Counted from the first letter of the whole stretch, positions 47,421 to 60,813 are shown. The stretch: DNA of 63,845 bases, filler included, from Saprolegnia diclina VS20 (GCF_000281045.1; 12 parts of 7 records of this genome joined end to end with filler, not necessarily neighbours in it); one strand, 5' to 3'. Notes: generated by a model from the letters alone, not told the origin. A program made the numbers and translations.

Positions 47421-49549
47421 TCTCGAATATGTGGCGCGCACAACCCTCTCAATCACCAACATTCTTCGAATACAAATGATGTATATCTATATTTGGCCAA
47501 TGCCAGGTCGAAGAGGCGAATCAATGCATTTCGTTGGCTACTAATTAGCCAATCCAATGCTGTGCCGTCCGATTGTGATCGTCAACAATCAACGCCTTGC
47601 CACCACCAGCAGCAGCGCAAGAACGAGCATGGTACCTGGCACTACGCAGCAGGTCATCGATCGGTCCTTCCATCTACTACAGAAGTCATTTAGCTTGCAC
47701 ATGTGTATACCATGTCTAATTAATTGTGCTTAAATGCACGAGTGGCAGGCTGGTCCTCGATTTTGATGCAGCGATCTCGAGAAGCTAGCGTTACGTCCTG
47801 GCACGAGTCGAGCGTGGCCAAGGCAGCGGCGCGCAAGAGGAACCGCATCGAAGCACGCCACGATCGCAGCCGAGACGAAAGTCGCACGTCCGAGCACCTC
47901 GAGCGCGCGATTCGTGGGCGCCACAACGAGCGGGCGTAGGCGAAGATGCGTCAATTGCTGCCCGCGCGCTCGCCGAAGGCGTCGCCCACGAGGCGCGCGC
48001 CAGAGGATGTTGCGGTGCGCACGATGCTGGGCAGCTTGTAGCCTCGTTGCAAGTCTAGCGAGCGAGCACGAGAGCGTCATCATCGCCGGCAGTCGCGTGC
48101 CCATGAGGCCGTCGATAGCATTGACAGGGTTCCGCCCTTGCGGTGACTCGGTCACTCGTCAGGCATGCTGCAACGGCGCCATGTTTGCCGACGCGGCGTG
48201 GAAGCGCCTCAACATGGCACGGCCATCGGACGTCAGTGCGGCGGGAAATGTGCAAGATGTCAAATGGCCGCTGGGGTGCTTACTGATGATTGGCTGAAAT
48301 AGGACGCTTACGCGATATGGGTTGGCCGCTCAATAATAATTAATTTGGCCCTTGCGATTGGCTAAAATGCTGACATGACATGGTGGCAATGGATCCGCGC
48401 GGCAGCCGCCGGTGGGGTCGATCGGTCGGCCAACTTGAGTTTTCAACAAAGTCGCTCATACTTAGCGAGGTGATAGAGGACACTCTGGAGAGCTCAAAAC
48501 ACCTCGTCACGTCGACGTGCGCAATGTCTAGCGCCCTCTACGGGCTGGCCACTAATGGTGGCATACGCCACATCTAGACACATACCACCATATTTAGTGC
48601 TTGACCAAGTTTCGTTCAATTGAATGCACAGCTTTAAGTACGGCTTCGAGCATCGTCATCTACCTATTTCCTACTTTGATGCATTGAGAGAAATCGGGAG
48701 GCAGCTGCGTCGAGGCGCTAGGCGATGATGCTCTTCGGAACCGAACCAACTTGCGTCTGCGCAGCGACCGGACGCTGAGGCAATGCAGCCGATCCACCGG
48801 CCATGAGATTCCAATACATTGATCTCAACAGGTAGACATGCGCTACAGGTGCAGTGCGTGGCCATGACGCCGTCGTCTGTGACCAAGAGGCGTCATCACG
48901 ACGCCATCTCGAGCCCTTCCTCTCTTCCGACAGTTTCCCATCTTCCCAGAGCTTCAAGAGACGATCGTCATGAAGCATTCGTGTACTACATGCTCGGTAT
49001 ACTCGATGAGTCGTCAACTACATGCATGTTGAACGAGGTCCACGGGAAATGTCATCACGCAGGTATGCATCGCGAGGGGCCATACCTCGACACTGCCCGC
49101 TGCCATCGGTTCCTCTGATCGTGGTAGCACAGACGTCGTGACACCAGGTCCTCTTCATGGCATGGGCGTGCTGCTGGAGAGCTGGCACTGAAGATGTACG
49201 AGCGGGGGTTTGAGCCGGAGGACACGGAGCTGCAGTCGGATCAGTTGCTCTGCCAAATGAGGTATCATTCGCATCGTCTTGGATCGCCTCGACCTCCATG
49301 ACGAGGTAGGAAGCGCGTCCATGTACCTTCGAGCGCCTGGAGCGCTTCCTCCTTCGTCCGCAGGTCGGCCGCGGCCTCGGCAGTCGCCCGCGCCAGCGTC
49401 ATCGTCTCCATCGCCGGCTTCCGATCAACTGAAAAATACGCGTNNNNNNNNNNNNNNNNNNNNNNNNNNNNNNNNNNNNNNNNNNNNTTAATTAATTAAN
49501 NNNNNNNNNNNNNNNNNNNNNNNNNNNNNNNNNNNNNNNNNNNAAGCGT

Positions 49550-49620
49550 GCGCTATTGGTTTAGTGGTAAAATATCTCGTTGCCATCGAGATGCCCCGGG
49601 TTCGATTCCCGGATGGCGCA
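49550..49620 (+). tRNA. tRNA-Gly (GCC)
   Basis: Acceptor stem GCGCTAT/ATGGCGC+A, D-loop AGTGGT, anticodon arm TCTCG-TTGCCAT-CGAGA, T arm CCGGG-TTCGATT-CCCGG. A downstream TTTTT fits a Pol III terminator. Confidence 0.96.
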
Positions 49621-49858
49621 TATATTTTTGGGATTTGATTGGGCCATTTTTCATTTTTGCCAATTTTCACAGAGTACGACCCTGCATTTAAACAGCAGTA
49701 CAAGTTGTACTGTTGGGCACCAAGATTCTTGGTGCGCTGGCTGCATGAATGCAGCGACCTGGCCCATCTCTCGCTTATGACAAGCTGAAGAATGTCGCTG
49801 AGGCCATTGGCCTAAAACTAGGCCAAGATTCGGATTCTGCCTCTTTCCAATCAGGGCC

Positions 49859-52147
49859 ATGGCAGTGGCAATGGCTTCAACATCGGCGGATGGCTCCTAC
49901 GGCCGATGGCACCGCTACAAGGCAGCGACCGACGCCGTGCTTACGTGGCTCGAGCGCGCCGCGTCCAAAGCCTACAAGAAGGCAAAGTCAAAGTCGAAGC
50001 TGAAGGCGCCCATTGACACGTGGACGACCGGCCAGATCTGGGCAGCCGCCGTCGCGGTCGCCGAGGCCGGCGTCGCCGTCCCACGCGATGTCTGGCGCAA
50101 CCTTGCGACGAGTATTCGCCTGCGCTGGCAAGCGACCAAGTGCTTGCCGCGCGACGACGGCCATCTGCACTTTCTCACTTTGCTCCGGGCCATGCAGGCC
50201 ACGCTGACCCCGGACCGTCCATCGCCACCGACCGCCGCCACCGACGATCTCTCCAACACGTTTAAAGCATTAGCGCTGGACGACGACGACGATACGATCG
50301 ATGCTTCTATGCCAGCGTTTGATGTGGCGGCGTTCGTGCCGCCTGCCGCGCCGACGTCGCAAGAGACAGCACTCGCGCAGCTCGAAGCCGATCAGTTTCG
50401 CGCGACGTGCTTTCTCCAGGACCTCGACGAGCTTTTGGACGAGGTCGATGCTGTCTGGACTGCGTTCCAGGACGGCAAAACATCGCTTGTCGCTGCGACG
50501 ATCGTCACCAACCACGCCGTCCACGTCGCCCAATCGCTCGCGTCGACGCTGACACTCGAGCTCCCGTACCTCGACTCGCTCAGTACCATTAATGTGCTGG
50601 TGAGCAATAGCGACGCGCTGCGGTCGCTTGTGCTCCAACACGGCGTGGACCTCGCATATGCGGTCGAGGTGTGTGAATTCATACGGCGCTCCTCGGTTGT
50701 CCGCACGAAAGAGCTTGGAACGGGCCTCGCCACGCGTCTTACGACGACCAAGTCGGAGGCCAAAGCGCTCCATGCAATGCTCGTTGCCGACGCCGCCGCG
50801 CCACTGCCCGGCGTGGCGCAAATGCGGCACGGCAGCGACCTCTGGAGCGTGCACTACACGTAAGTGTACGAGTCCCCCGTCGCCGCCCTCGCCGACGATT
50901 TTGCGCTCGATCGAACCTCGATGCGCTCGCTGGCGCAGGTGTTTGTTGCCCAGATGGTGCCTCGTCTGCGGGCTTTAGTGGACGGGGACTCACTTTCGCT
51001 GCCGCCCGAGTTGGCGCCCGTCAGCCCTTTGTGGTCGCTCTTGAAGAAGCGCAGCCACGGCAGCGTTGTCGACATGACGCTCGTCGTCGCGACCCACTGT
51101 CTTTTGAAAGCCATGCTGCTGGTCGACGACGCCTCGCTCGCACCTTCGATGAAGCGCGCGCTCAAGCAGCAGTACAAGTCGACCCTCTTGCGCATACAAA
51201 GCGACAAGACGGACGGCATCAACACCTCAATGCTGCACTCGATATCGGGATGGTACGTCAAGATCCTGGGCGTGACGACGACCAAGTTGCGCATCTTCCC
51301 ATCCGAGGCGCTGCGCGATATGTGGTGGTTCAACCCGTACATGGCCGGCCAATGCCTCCTCACGTCGTCGACCGTCTTTACGGGTCTCGCCGGGCACATG
51401 CTGCTCAATGACGTGGGCCAAGGCCGGCTCGTGCTCCATCTCTACAATGCGCTGCGCATTCATAACCGGATCTTGCCTATTGTAGAGCTCGACATGCTGC
51501 TCGACTTGCTCGCCCGAGACAAGCACGTCTTCCCGACGGGGATCCCGACGGCGCCAGGGCATTTCGTCGCCGCTTTTGAGCTCTCGAGCGGCTTTGCCTT
51601 GAACACTGTGACCAAGGCCATGCGCGCGTCGCCCGACCGTGCGCTCGAGACGCTGCGTGCGAACGCTGCCCACCGTGAGAAGCAAGACCGCCGCAGCAAC
51701 CTCCAGAAGGCCCTCGGACGATCCATCACGCGCCATCGCGACGTCGTGGGCACGAGTTTCTCGGACCTGAGCCACGCGTACCGATATGCTACCTGCATGC
51801 AGCCGCTGCCCGTGCGCGAGGGCGGGACGCTGCCGGATCTCCGCAAACTCTGGCGCGTGGCCGACGACGAGTGGCGCCGGTTCATCCAGCTCGATTTGAT
51901 GGCAATGAGCACAGTCTTGACCGACGTGGCCAAGGATATCGCAGCGGAAATGATGCCAATGCTGTCCAAAGTGCCCGACCTCAGTGTCGACAACATCATT
52001 CCGCGCTTGTTCCATGCAGGCCGACTGCTCCTCTCATGGTGCGATCTAAGCAGCCTCGAGCACGAGCTGCTGCGGAACGCTGCGAGCATCATTACCGCGT
52101 CGAGTAGCAAGCTCCAGGACGCCTACATCATGCCACGCTCGTCGTAA
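49859..52147 (+). CDS. DUF6604-like protein interrupted by in-frame TAA at 50861-50863 (nonsense allele or intron)
   Basis: YGRWHRYKAATDAVLTWL...SIRLR...DDGHLHFLTLL...NTFKAL resembles fungal DUF6604. The downstream ORF continues in the same frame (NPYMAG, LHLYNAL). Confidence 0.65.
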
Positions 52148-53561
52148 TAACACCAATCGTAAAGTCCTCTTATAGCTCTGTTGTCATGATACGCCATTAA
52201 ATCGTAGCTCTCGAAAGTCGTCGTAAGCCTCAACAGACCAGAGAACGAGCATGTAGCTACCAGTCAGCAAACTCACGCTGACCAACGTGTCCTGCTCGAA
52301 TCGGCAGCATGAATCCAAGAGACGACTAGTCCCTTGTCGCAACGCCATGCCGGCTCCGCGAGACGACCGCAAAGATGGCATGCACAGCAACAGCAACGCC
52401 CACGCACGTTGCGAGTGGTCCTCGAACGACGTCGATCATGGCAGAGACCTCAAATTTGCAAGCGCCCCGATTTGTATGGGTTGCCGCCATCTGTTGTCAC
52501 TGGCGCCAGCACCCAAGGTCGCAGCGCGTCCGCAGCCATACGCACGTCGAATGACGAGTGAAGCACCCTTGCGCACTCTAGGAGCATGAATGCAGTACGA
52601 GAAGCGCCACTCGCAGCGCGCCAGCGGTCGGGACGTGGCCGTGGTTGCTGGCAACGGCAAGTTGAAGTTGGTGCGGCAGATGACGCAATCAGCGGCTTGG
52701 ATCGGGACGATTGCAAACCGATTGGTCGAAATCGGTGTCAAGTGGCGCCAGGACGACGGACTTGTCCATGGGGCGTTTACAAATGTGTCTTTGCGTTTCT
52801 CTAGCTCGACCTACTCTGACCCACGATGCCGGTTGAACGACTCACTTTGCAACTTGCTCGCAACCACAACAACAGCAACATGAGCGCCACGCCGNNNNNN
52901 NNNNNNNNNNNNNNNNNNNNNNNNNNNNNNNNNNNNNNTTAATTAATTAANNNNNNNNNNNNNNNNNNNNNNNNNNNNNNNNNNNNNNNNNNNNCTCGGC
53001 GTCGAACAAACGGTGTACAAGTCGAGAACCTAGAACACATCAACGTCGTTTTCGAGACGGAAACAATTGTGAAAGTACGTTGTGGTGCGGCTGACGACCA
53101 GGAAGGCTTCCTGGCGCAGGACCGTCTCGATGAGAGCGCGTGCGAGACCGCAGCGTCTGGTGGCATACCGCCAACGGACGCCAACCAGGTGACGCTTGAC
53201 ATCAGCACCGACGCAGTCGACATGCACCGCCATGTTTGCACGCAGCAGCCAACACCAAGGCTCGTTGGCGCGACTCTGAAGAACTGCAGCGAGCAAGTTG
53301 CACCACGTTTTCCACGCGACGCCTCACTACGAACGACCACGCTCGACCGTCAGTCTCGAGCGACACCTAGACGCACGCAATCACCAAGACGAGGAGTCCG
53401 GAGGACACGCACAGACCTCGGTCCACCGGCGCGCATACCATCGCCAAGCAGCCGCCAACGACGCCGATCACCTATCATTGGGGCACCGCCTCGCCAACCC
53501 ATGGCAGGCGTGGTAATCCACCTCCTTTGCCCCCTTTATTGGCAACAAGCGCGACTCCACC

Positions 53562-53918
53562 AACACGTGGAGCCGCAAGGCGCCGCTGCCGATTGCGGGT
53601 CCATGCTCGGCGGTCACGATCGGCAAGCACATATGTGTGCTTCTCCACGGCCGGTCCGTCGTGCGCTACTCGCCGACCGACGATACGTACGTGACGATGG
53701 CGAACCTCCCGCTCCCCGAGTGGTACTGCTTTGACGCGGACGTGGCCGGTACAACCATCTATGCACTCGGCGGCATCTCCAAGGGCGTCTGGTCGCGCGA
53801 GTTTTACGCCTACGACACGATCGCCAACACGTGGGCGCGGCTGCCACCGATGAAGAAGCGTCGGTAGCGCACGGCTGCTACGCTCGTCACGTACCCGCCG
53901 ACGGCTCCGTCGTCGTAG
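53562..53918 (+). pseudogene. Kelch-repeat C-terminal fragment
   Basis: NTWSRKAPLP...IYALGG...YAYDTIANTWARLPPMKKRR*RTAATLV. No coherent 5' part, and there is a stop inside the last blade. Confidence 0.6.
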
Positions 53919-54368
53919 ATTGCGCCGGCAGCATATATGTATGCCCTCTTTCTAATATGACTGGTTGCAGTACAGGAGAGGACCTGTTCGTATCATGGAT
54001 CATGGTTGGAGCCAGCGAGCGCGAATATTTGCGACGAATCTCGGATTCCAGAGCCGAATCCGCTCTGTTGCGGTCGATGGAAAACGCAGGGAGGGTGTCG
54101 GCGGCCGTGGCGCGATGCTGGGTCGCTGACGTCACGGCGGGACCCTCTCTTGACGCGATGGGTTGCGCCCATCCCCTTGGCTTTGCGCAAAATTTGCGTA
54201 TCCAGCATCCAGCATGCTGCATCCAACTGACATGCGCTCGCGACAACCACTCTCGCATTTCAAGTGATTTAAAACCAAATCAATTCTGCATACAAATACT
54301 CTGTATAGCGCACAAAGAATAGGGCCAAGCTTTTCTCAAGAGTCGCTCATTCCATCGCCCTCTCCAGG

Positions 54369-55186
54369 ATTCCACGCAGGAAGAGCAGCAGCGCCCGTTC
54401 CGCGTACGTACTACAAGCGAACGTTCATGGCGCATGGCTCATGCTCATGCGTAGGTGTGGCTCTTTGACGCGTCCAAGCAGTGCATCGGCGCGGGCTGGG
54501 CGCACGCGGCGAACCTCACGATTGCGATTTTGCTCATGCAATACTCGACCGAGAAGGAAAACGCCGACGAGGTGCGACCCCACGACCACCTTTTGATGGC
54601 TCATGGACTATTGGGCAGTGCGCCTTTTACTTTATCAACTTTAATCTCGACACGAGCTTTGGCGTCGCGCTCAACTGGTTCCTCCTCCACTGCTCCGTGC
54701 TCCTTGCGGTACGACCATCTTTCTTGGCGTCTCTGCCGCCGACAGCACACAGGATGCTCATGACGCAATTCCATCCTATAGCGTCGCTTTCACTAGGAAG
54801 CGCTCCAAGTGCTGGGCTTCTACGGCAACCCGATCCGGACGCGGTAAGTCTCTCGTCGTCGCCTCGCCTCATGCACGACAACGACTAGCGTGTGGCTCAT
54901 CCAGCTCGGCGTGTGGCTCGTCATCATCATCATGACCAAGCTCATCATCGGCCGCGTCATCTTGTGGTTCGAGCGCCCCATCAATGCGTTTGCGAATGTG
55001 CTTTTCGAGCCGCTCTCGGACTTTCCGCGGCTCGAGCTCGTCCTCGTCATGATCGCGTGCCCCGTGACGATGAACGTTGTTCAGTTTTGGGTCACCGACA
55101 ACTTTCTCAAGAAGCACGACAGCGACGTCAAGGCCGCGGACGAGAACACGCCGCTGACCATCAAGCCCCACGACACGTACGTCTAA
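54369..55186 (+). CDS. STIMATE/TMEM110 (YPL162C-like) family membrane protein, multi-exon; start uncertain
   Basis: RPFR/VWLFDASKQ...HAAN, ECAFYFINFNLDTSFG, GFYGNP, WLIQL, PRLELVLVMIACP..MNVVQFWVTDNFLK. Confidence 0.82.
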
Positions 55187-55897
55187 TGTACGCGAGACGG
55201 GCTTGAGAGACAAAGATATATTAGAATAAGCAACATACACGTACTACGCAGTACGATTCAATCGTTCCATCATACTAAGATCAATGGCAGTAAAAAGGTA
55301 GTAAATGTGAGATCAATCAACCGGGGATCCCGTCATTTATCTGTTCGTACGATCATCTGGAACGCGTCTCGTACAGGGTACGCCGACTAACTCGCTAGCG
55401 ACGAAATGGCGCCATGGCCTCGACGGGCAGACGACGCATGGCTTGCCAATGGACAGTGGCAGCCATGCATTAGCCTCACGTGCTGGAAGATCGCCTCGTC
55501 GCGCCGACCTCAGCGACTGCTGCGATGGACGGCGGGCGAACGACCCCGACTCGAGATGAAATGCTCTTGCCACTCACTGCCCAATCGCCAACCAGTGCAA
55601 GACCATTGGGCAAAATGCAGAACTTTTTCGACATTACGCGCGCTGATTGGTGAATGGCATGACTCCGAGCGCAAGAGCTAGTGCAATGCAACCATGGTCA
55701 CGCGTGACTGCGTTGCCTCCACCCCGTGGACCCAGTACTTGGACGATCGATGGCTGGCACGCCTGCCGCCAGTCGTTTGACCTGGCCTTCACCAAGGACC
55801 GAGTCCTTGATGAGCGTGGAATAATTGCTCTTGGCGAACCGAACGAAATTTGGTCGATAATGGACCTGCAAACCCAATTCTCATAGACTAGTACGCA

Positions 55898-55964
55898 ATT
55901 ATCAATATGGCGATTTCGATAATCGATTAAAAAATAATTGCCGCGAACCGAACGAAGCCTTAGA
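55898..55964 (-). mobile_element. Terminus of putative Tourist-like MITE, copy 2
   Basis: Reverse complement of 10338-10405 with a 1-nt indel. A degenerate echo, GCGAACCGAACGAA, lies at about 55834. Confidence 0.55.
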
Positions 55965-55981
55965 ATTTAATTGTCACCCGT

Positions 55982-57330
55982 CTATGTGACCTGGAGCCAC
56001 TTGGTTTTAGTGGTGAGGACCTTGGCTATGTAGTCGCCTTTCTTTGTATTCTCCGGCATCTCGAGAAACTTGATCATCCCACCAGATGCATCGTCAGAGC
56101 TGAGCGGTTCGAGCACACATTTTGGCGGGCCTACTTTCGTCTTGGCGGGCCGCGCGTTGCAGTCGTCAGAGATGCGCTTGTTGCTGGTCTTGCCCGGCGG
56201 GAAATCGTCAATGTTCACGAGTGCTGGCTTGTGCTCGGGCTTCTTCATCGGTGGTCGTGGCTGCTGACGCATTGGGCGCGGGTTGCTGTTTTGGGGCGAT
56301 CGGATACAGCTGCTTGATGGCCCAGACGCGATGAGGTCATCCATCGTGAAGAGGACGAATTTTGACTTCTTGGTCTTGGCCGGCGTCGTCGGGAGCTCGC
56401 TCACAAAAAACTCCTCGGGCAACGCGTCCAGCTTCTTTGCAGCCATCTTCGCGGCGGTCGACGACTTGGAAAAGGTCATTTTGGAGGAGGTATTTGTTGA
56501 AGGCGCGACGGCGACGTCCTTGTCCTTGTGCTCCGTCTTGCGCTGCTCGCGCTTTTCCTGGTCGCGCTTGGCCGCATACGTGCGCTGGATCGAGTTGACT
56601 TTGTTGCGGTGGTAGTTGCAAAGCATGTGGTGGTCGCCGTTCTTCTTGAGCGACCGGCCGTTGTTGCACGTCTTGTACTTGCACTTGAGCTCGGGCGGCA
56701 CGTTCGTGTTGGCGAGCGGAAGGGGCTTGAGGAGCTTGTTAATGTCGGATGTTTCAGCCGCGCGGTGCTTCTTGGGCTGTTCCCGCTTGGCTCTTTTTGC
56801 AGTCGTCTCGCCATAGACGGCTGCATATGAGTCCTTGATGACCTACGCAAGGTTAAAGCCACCAGTTGCTGCCGCCATGCTCGCCGTACGTCCTTCATCG
56901 CCGCTTTGAGGATCGTACTGGCGTTCTGGGCCGTCCGGTGCTGCCCGGGAAACATCGTAAACGTGTAGAGCTTGCGCCACATGCCCATGGGGCGCTTGAT
57001 CGCATAACCATCCACGTCCTGCACTCGCTTGATCAGCGTGTCTTGCGTCAAACTACGTGCACGTTGCACACCTCGCGCTGGTGTCGAGAACGTACATGTC
57101 GTTGCTCGCAATGCTGATCGGGTACTCGCCCTTGGTATCACTGCAGATGCTTAGGACTAGCGCCCCTGCCATGAGTTCCTCATTCTAGGCATGCTGCATA
57201 CCGATCGACTCGCGCCGACCGCGCGGGTCACCGGCGACGAAGGCCCCGCAGTGGTACGCAATGAGCTCGCCGACCCGGAGCTCCTCCATCGCGAGCGAGT
57301 GGCTGCGGTCGTCTTCGTCGCTTGAGATGC
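55982..57330 (-). pseudogene. Hypothetical oomycete gene with CxYxxC..RxxKxNGxxHxLCxxHRxKxN zinc-finger-like motif; 5' part broken
   Basis: CKYKTCNNGRSLKKNGDHHMLCNYHRNKVNSIQR. An upstream segment LRVGELIAYHCGAFVAGDPRG lies in disrupted frames. Confidence 0.5.
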
Positions 57331-57587
57331 TCATGTATTACGAAGCACTTGAGAGGCTGCTTAAGAGGGCTGCGTCGAGGCGGAGGACCGTGGGAGAAAT
57401 TGGAAATGAGCCCTTCACATCGCTATAGGTCAACCACACGCAGTGTCCACCTCTACTGGCACATCCGATTGGCTATAATTCGTTTCCCGCTGCCCAAGCA
57501 TCCCGTCAAGTTCAACTACCAGTGCAGTGCACGCCACCTGCACCCTACCAGCTAAATGGGGTCCAAAACTTTGTATCCCAGCTATGA

Positions 57588-58061
57588 ATGCATAATTGTT
57601 CCTCGACAGCGCCGACCGCACCGACCTCGACCTCGCCGACCTCGACCGCGCCCACCTCGCCGACCTCGACCGCGCCGACCTCGACCGCGCCTACCGAGCC
57701 CGCGCCCACCTCATGTACCACATTGCGATGCCATGGCTCATGGTGCATCATCGACTGCTGTAGTACGGCGCTGACGATGGACTCGCGGAGCAATGCAGCC
57801 GTGCACGACTTGTACGCCACGAATGACGGTACAATACGATGTGTCTCGCTCGTAAGTGGGGCTAACGCTGGCGTAGGCGATGTGTGGGCGGCCACCGGCG
57901 ACGGCGCTTGCACCAAATGGACGGACATTGCGACAGCGCCGGTCGTCGACACGGAGCTCTTCGGCCCGACGTACGACGCGGTGCACGGCGTGACGGGCTA
58001 TGGTAACAAGCTCTACACAGTCTCGCGCGACCGGGTGCTGCGCACGTACACGCTCGAGTAA
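57588..58061 (+). CDS. Fragment with Pro/Thr/Ser-rich linker repeats and a beta-rich C-terminus
   Basis: CCGACCTCGACCGCG-type 15/9-bp tandem units (57610-57712) encode (PTSTA)n. The C-terminus looks coding; no signal peptide is visible. Confidence 0.35.
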   Translation: MHNCSSTAPTAPTSTSPTSTAPTSPTSTAPTSTAPTEPAPTSCTTLRCHGSWCIIDCCSTALTMDSRSNAAVHDLYATNDGTIRCVSLVSGANAGVGDVWAATGDGACTKWTDIATAPVVDTELFGPTYDAVHGVTGYGNKLYTVSRDRVLRTYTLE

Positions 58062-58264
58062 TATCAAGAGTCGAGAACGAGAACGATGTCAGAGGTCGAT
58101 ATTATTGACCTCTGATCCGACAGCTGGTGGCTTATCCGGACCAGTTCTGCTCCAATCATACATCCNNNNNNNNNNNNNNNNNNNNNNNNNNNNNNNNNNN
58201 NNNNNNNNNTTAATTAATTAANNNNNNNNNNNNNNNNNNNNNNNNNNNNNNNNNNNNNNNNNNN

Positions 58265-59709
58265 NTCGAAGCCGTACAAGCTGCTGTGGACGAGGCTGCA
58301 GCGCATACATCGCCGGTGGGTACAGCCGTGCGCGCCAACAGTAATGCCAAAGGACTCAGTGCGAGACCGAGCGCCTTGGGCTTGGAGCAATCTTGAAAAA
58401 AGTCAAACGACTGCTGGACGTACGTTGTACGTGGTAGCGTCATGCACAGCGGGTCGCCGCCGTAGTACGCGTAGTTGCTGCGCCATTGCAGTGGCATCAG
58501 GTCCACACTCAATGTCGCAAGGGACCCGCGAAGTCCGCTGGTGCCAAGCTGCAGCAGAAGGCTCGTCTGCGCTGCTTCGTACGCCTGGACAAGACCAGAC
58601 GGCACGGCAAGAAGAAGGCTGTCGACGTTTTGGAATGGCCCAACGACCCGGCGAAACACAGCGGGCTGCTTGGCAAACTGGCCCGAGACAGCGGTGTTCC
58701 CGAGGGCCACTTCGAGATCGACGAGGGGCAGTGCGGACGAGATATTGGATCCGAAATACCGCGACGAGCCGCGGACAAAGCTACGGTTGAGCGACTGGGC
58801 GATGCGGAGGTCGTTGAGCGGCAGAGAGAAGAGCTGCGCCGACGTCCAGGGTCCCGTGCCTTGCGCGAAATTCTTGACCGTCACCAGCTGCTGCAGTCCC
58901 ATGGCGTTCTCTAGGAGAATGGTTTCTGTGATGCCGGGCTGCCACCGGTTCTGCCACTGCAGCTCAAACCGATCCAACTTAAACTTTCGCCAATACGTTA
59001 GCTCGTCACTGATGCTGGTCGAGGCGCGCGCCGTCGACACCTGACTCAAGAAGGCTTGCCCTTGCGAAGTTTCTTGCAGCGCTCGCTCGTACGCGATGAC
59101 AAACCGACTGTTGACGCCGCCCCACGTCGCCATATAGTCGACCCACACCACATTGCGCAAGATGGCCTCAAGGTACGCGGCGCCGTTGGTCGCAAACTGG
59201 TCCTTGCAACGCTGCTGACGCGTAACCGTGTGGGCAATCTCAAACGACTGGCTAAAGTCGACCCAGCAGTGCTGCATGTTCATGCGCATCGACCATGCAG
59301 CGCTGAGTGTCCGAAGTTGCGGCACGGCGTACTCAATGGTCGTGAGCTCCGTCAAAAGAATGCGGCGAGAGTAGGTGGGTGACATGCTTGTGGTGGCCGT
59401 CGACGCGTTGTAGAGCTTGTTCATGGTTGCGGGGGCAGCATAGATACTGAGGGTTGACGCAGCCGTCAGAGCCAGTTGCGCATTGATGAGGTCGATGAGC
59501 AAGGCCTCCCCCGCCGTCGGGGTAAAGCCAGCCCACCAGAGGTCATTCGCGAGACTTGGCGAGAGGAGCGAGAGGTACCAGAGACCGATACCGAGCGAAG
59601 CGACGAGGTAGAAAAGACCTGCGACGACGAGCGTCGGCTGGTGCTTGGAGGCGACCCGGACGTTGAACGATGGTGCGAGTTCGAGCGCCTCCGCGTTGGC
59701 TAGTGGCAT
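58265..59709 (-). CDS. N-terminal part of a large Saprolegniaceae-type multi-TM family protein (3' end in spacer)
   Basis: TM helix, then LANDLWWAGF, HCWVDF, RQQRC...NGAAYLEAILRN, LQWQN, YYGGDPLC, VQQSF...DC. Confidence 0.75.
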
Positions 59710-60495
59710 CGCGTTTGAGGGTAGTTCACGGATAAAGAGAAATGCGGCTCCCTGCTGTGGTTGAGGATTTAGTATATAAATACGATATAACGGCAAGGGA
59801 GTTTTGCCTATCCAAAAGACATGCAAACGAAACGCGACAATCAGGTTTCGCGCCATTAAAATACGATGGGTGGATCGAGCTATCGTCTTCCTTGTAGCTA
59901 GTGAACGCGCCATTTGAAGCTCTCTNNNNNNNNNNNNNNNNNNNNNNNNNNNNNNNNNNNNNNNNNNNNTTAATTAATTAANNNNNNNNNNNNNNNNNNN
60001 NNNNNNNNNNNNNNNNNNNNNNNNNGCAGCCATCCATGGGATGACGGCGACGGTCACGGACGAGCACTTCACGCTGTGCAGCCCTTCGACACGTTTGTAG
60101 TATGTAGCGCTATGGATATATGCAGTTCATTCATGGATGGACGCCCTGGTTCTTATCTGTGCGGGTCGCTCCGATGGCTCTCGAGACGCCACAGCATCCA
60201 CTCACTGAGCTAGAGGTTTGGACACCGCCACCGCCAAGTGAGCGTCGGACATATTTGTGTCAGAATGGTTGCAAGACCATCGCTCTCGACCTCGTACGCG
60301 GAGCTCTCGCAAGCTCGCTTCTCGAGGACCTTGCGGGTCAAGTCGGAGGGTCTGGACTATGTGTACACCATGGCAAATCGGCTTGTGAGAAACCATAGCG
60401 GCCTAGTCCATTCAATTCAAAGTTTGTATGGTGACCGTGTCAGTTTACGACTCTGGCGCGGAAGTTGCCTTGGCGACGTCTTTTTGGAGGGGTCA

Positions 60496-60618
60496 CCGCG
60501 GCTCGGCTCCAACGGCTGAGTCGCAGCTCGAGTCGAAAAGTGCTCGGCTCAGGCTCCATTTTTCGAGCACGCTCCGAGTTGACTTCAAGCCGAGCCGAGT
60601 GGAGCCGGCGAGCCGCGG
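60496..60618. repeat. Fold-back array of GGCTC/GAGCC units (MITE-like relic)
   Basis: Left arm CCGCGGCTCGGCTCC...; right arm ...GAGCCGAGTGGAGCCGGCGAGCCGCGG. Confidence 0.55.
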
Positions 60619-60813
60619 CTTCGTATCAGTCAGGCTAAAACTAAACGATGATGTTCACATGGGTATCACCACAACTTGATCGTCGTACCGGCGTGTGAGT
60701 TGGGACGCCGACGTCCTCCCTTCAGCGAGCGCCTTTCCAGTACGATTTGTTTCTAGTCAGTCTGCTCTCTCATCCATAAACTGCATAGCACTTGACATGT
60801 ACTAGATCGTCGT

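Noticed and set aside
49550..49620. tRNA-Gly as primer for the Gypsy element or as a SINE head
   Set aside because: It has no complementarity to the element leader, and it is an intact cloverleaf with an immediate T-run terminator.
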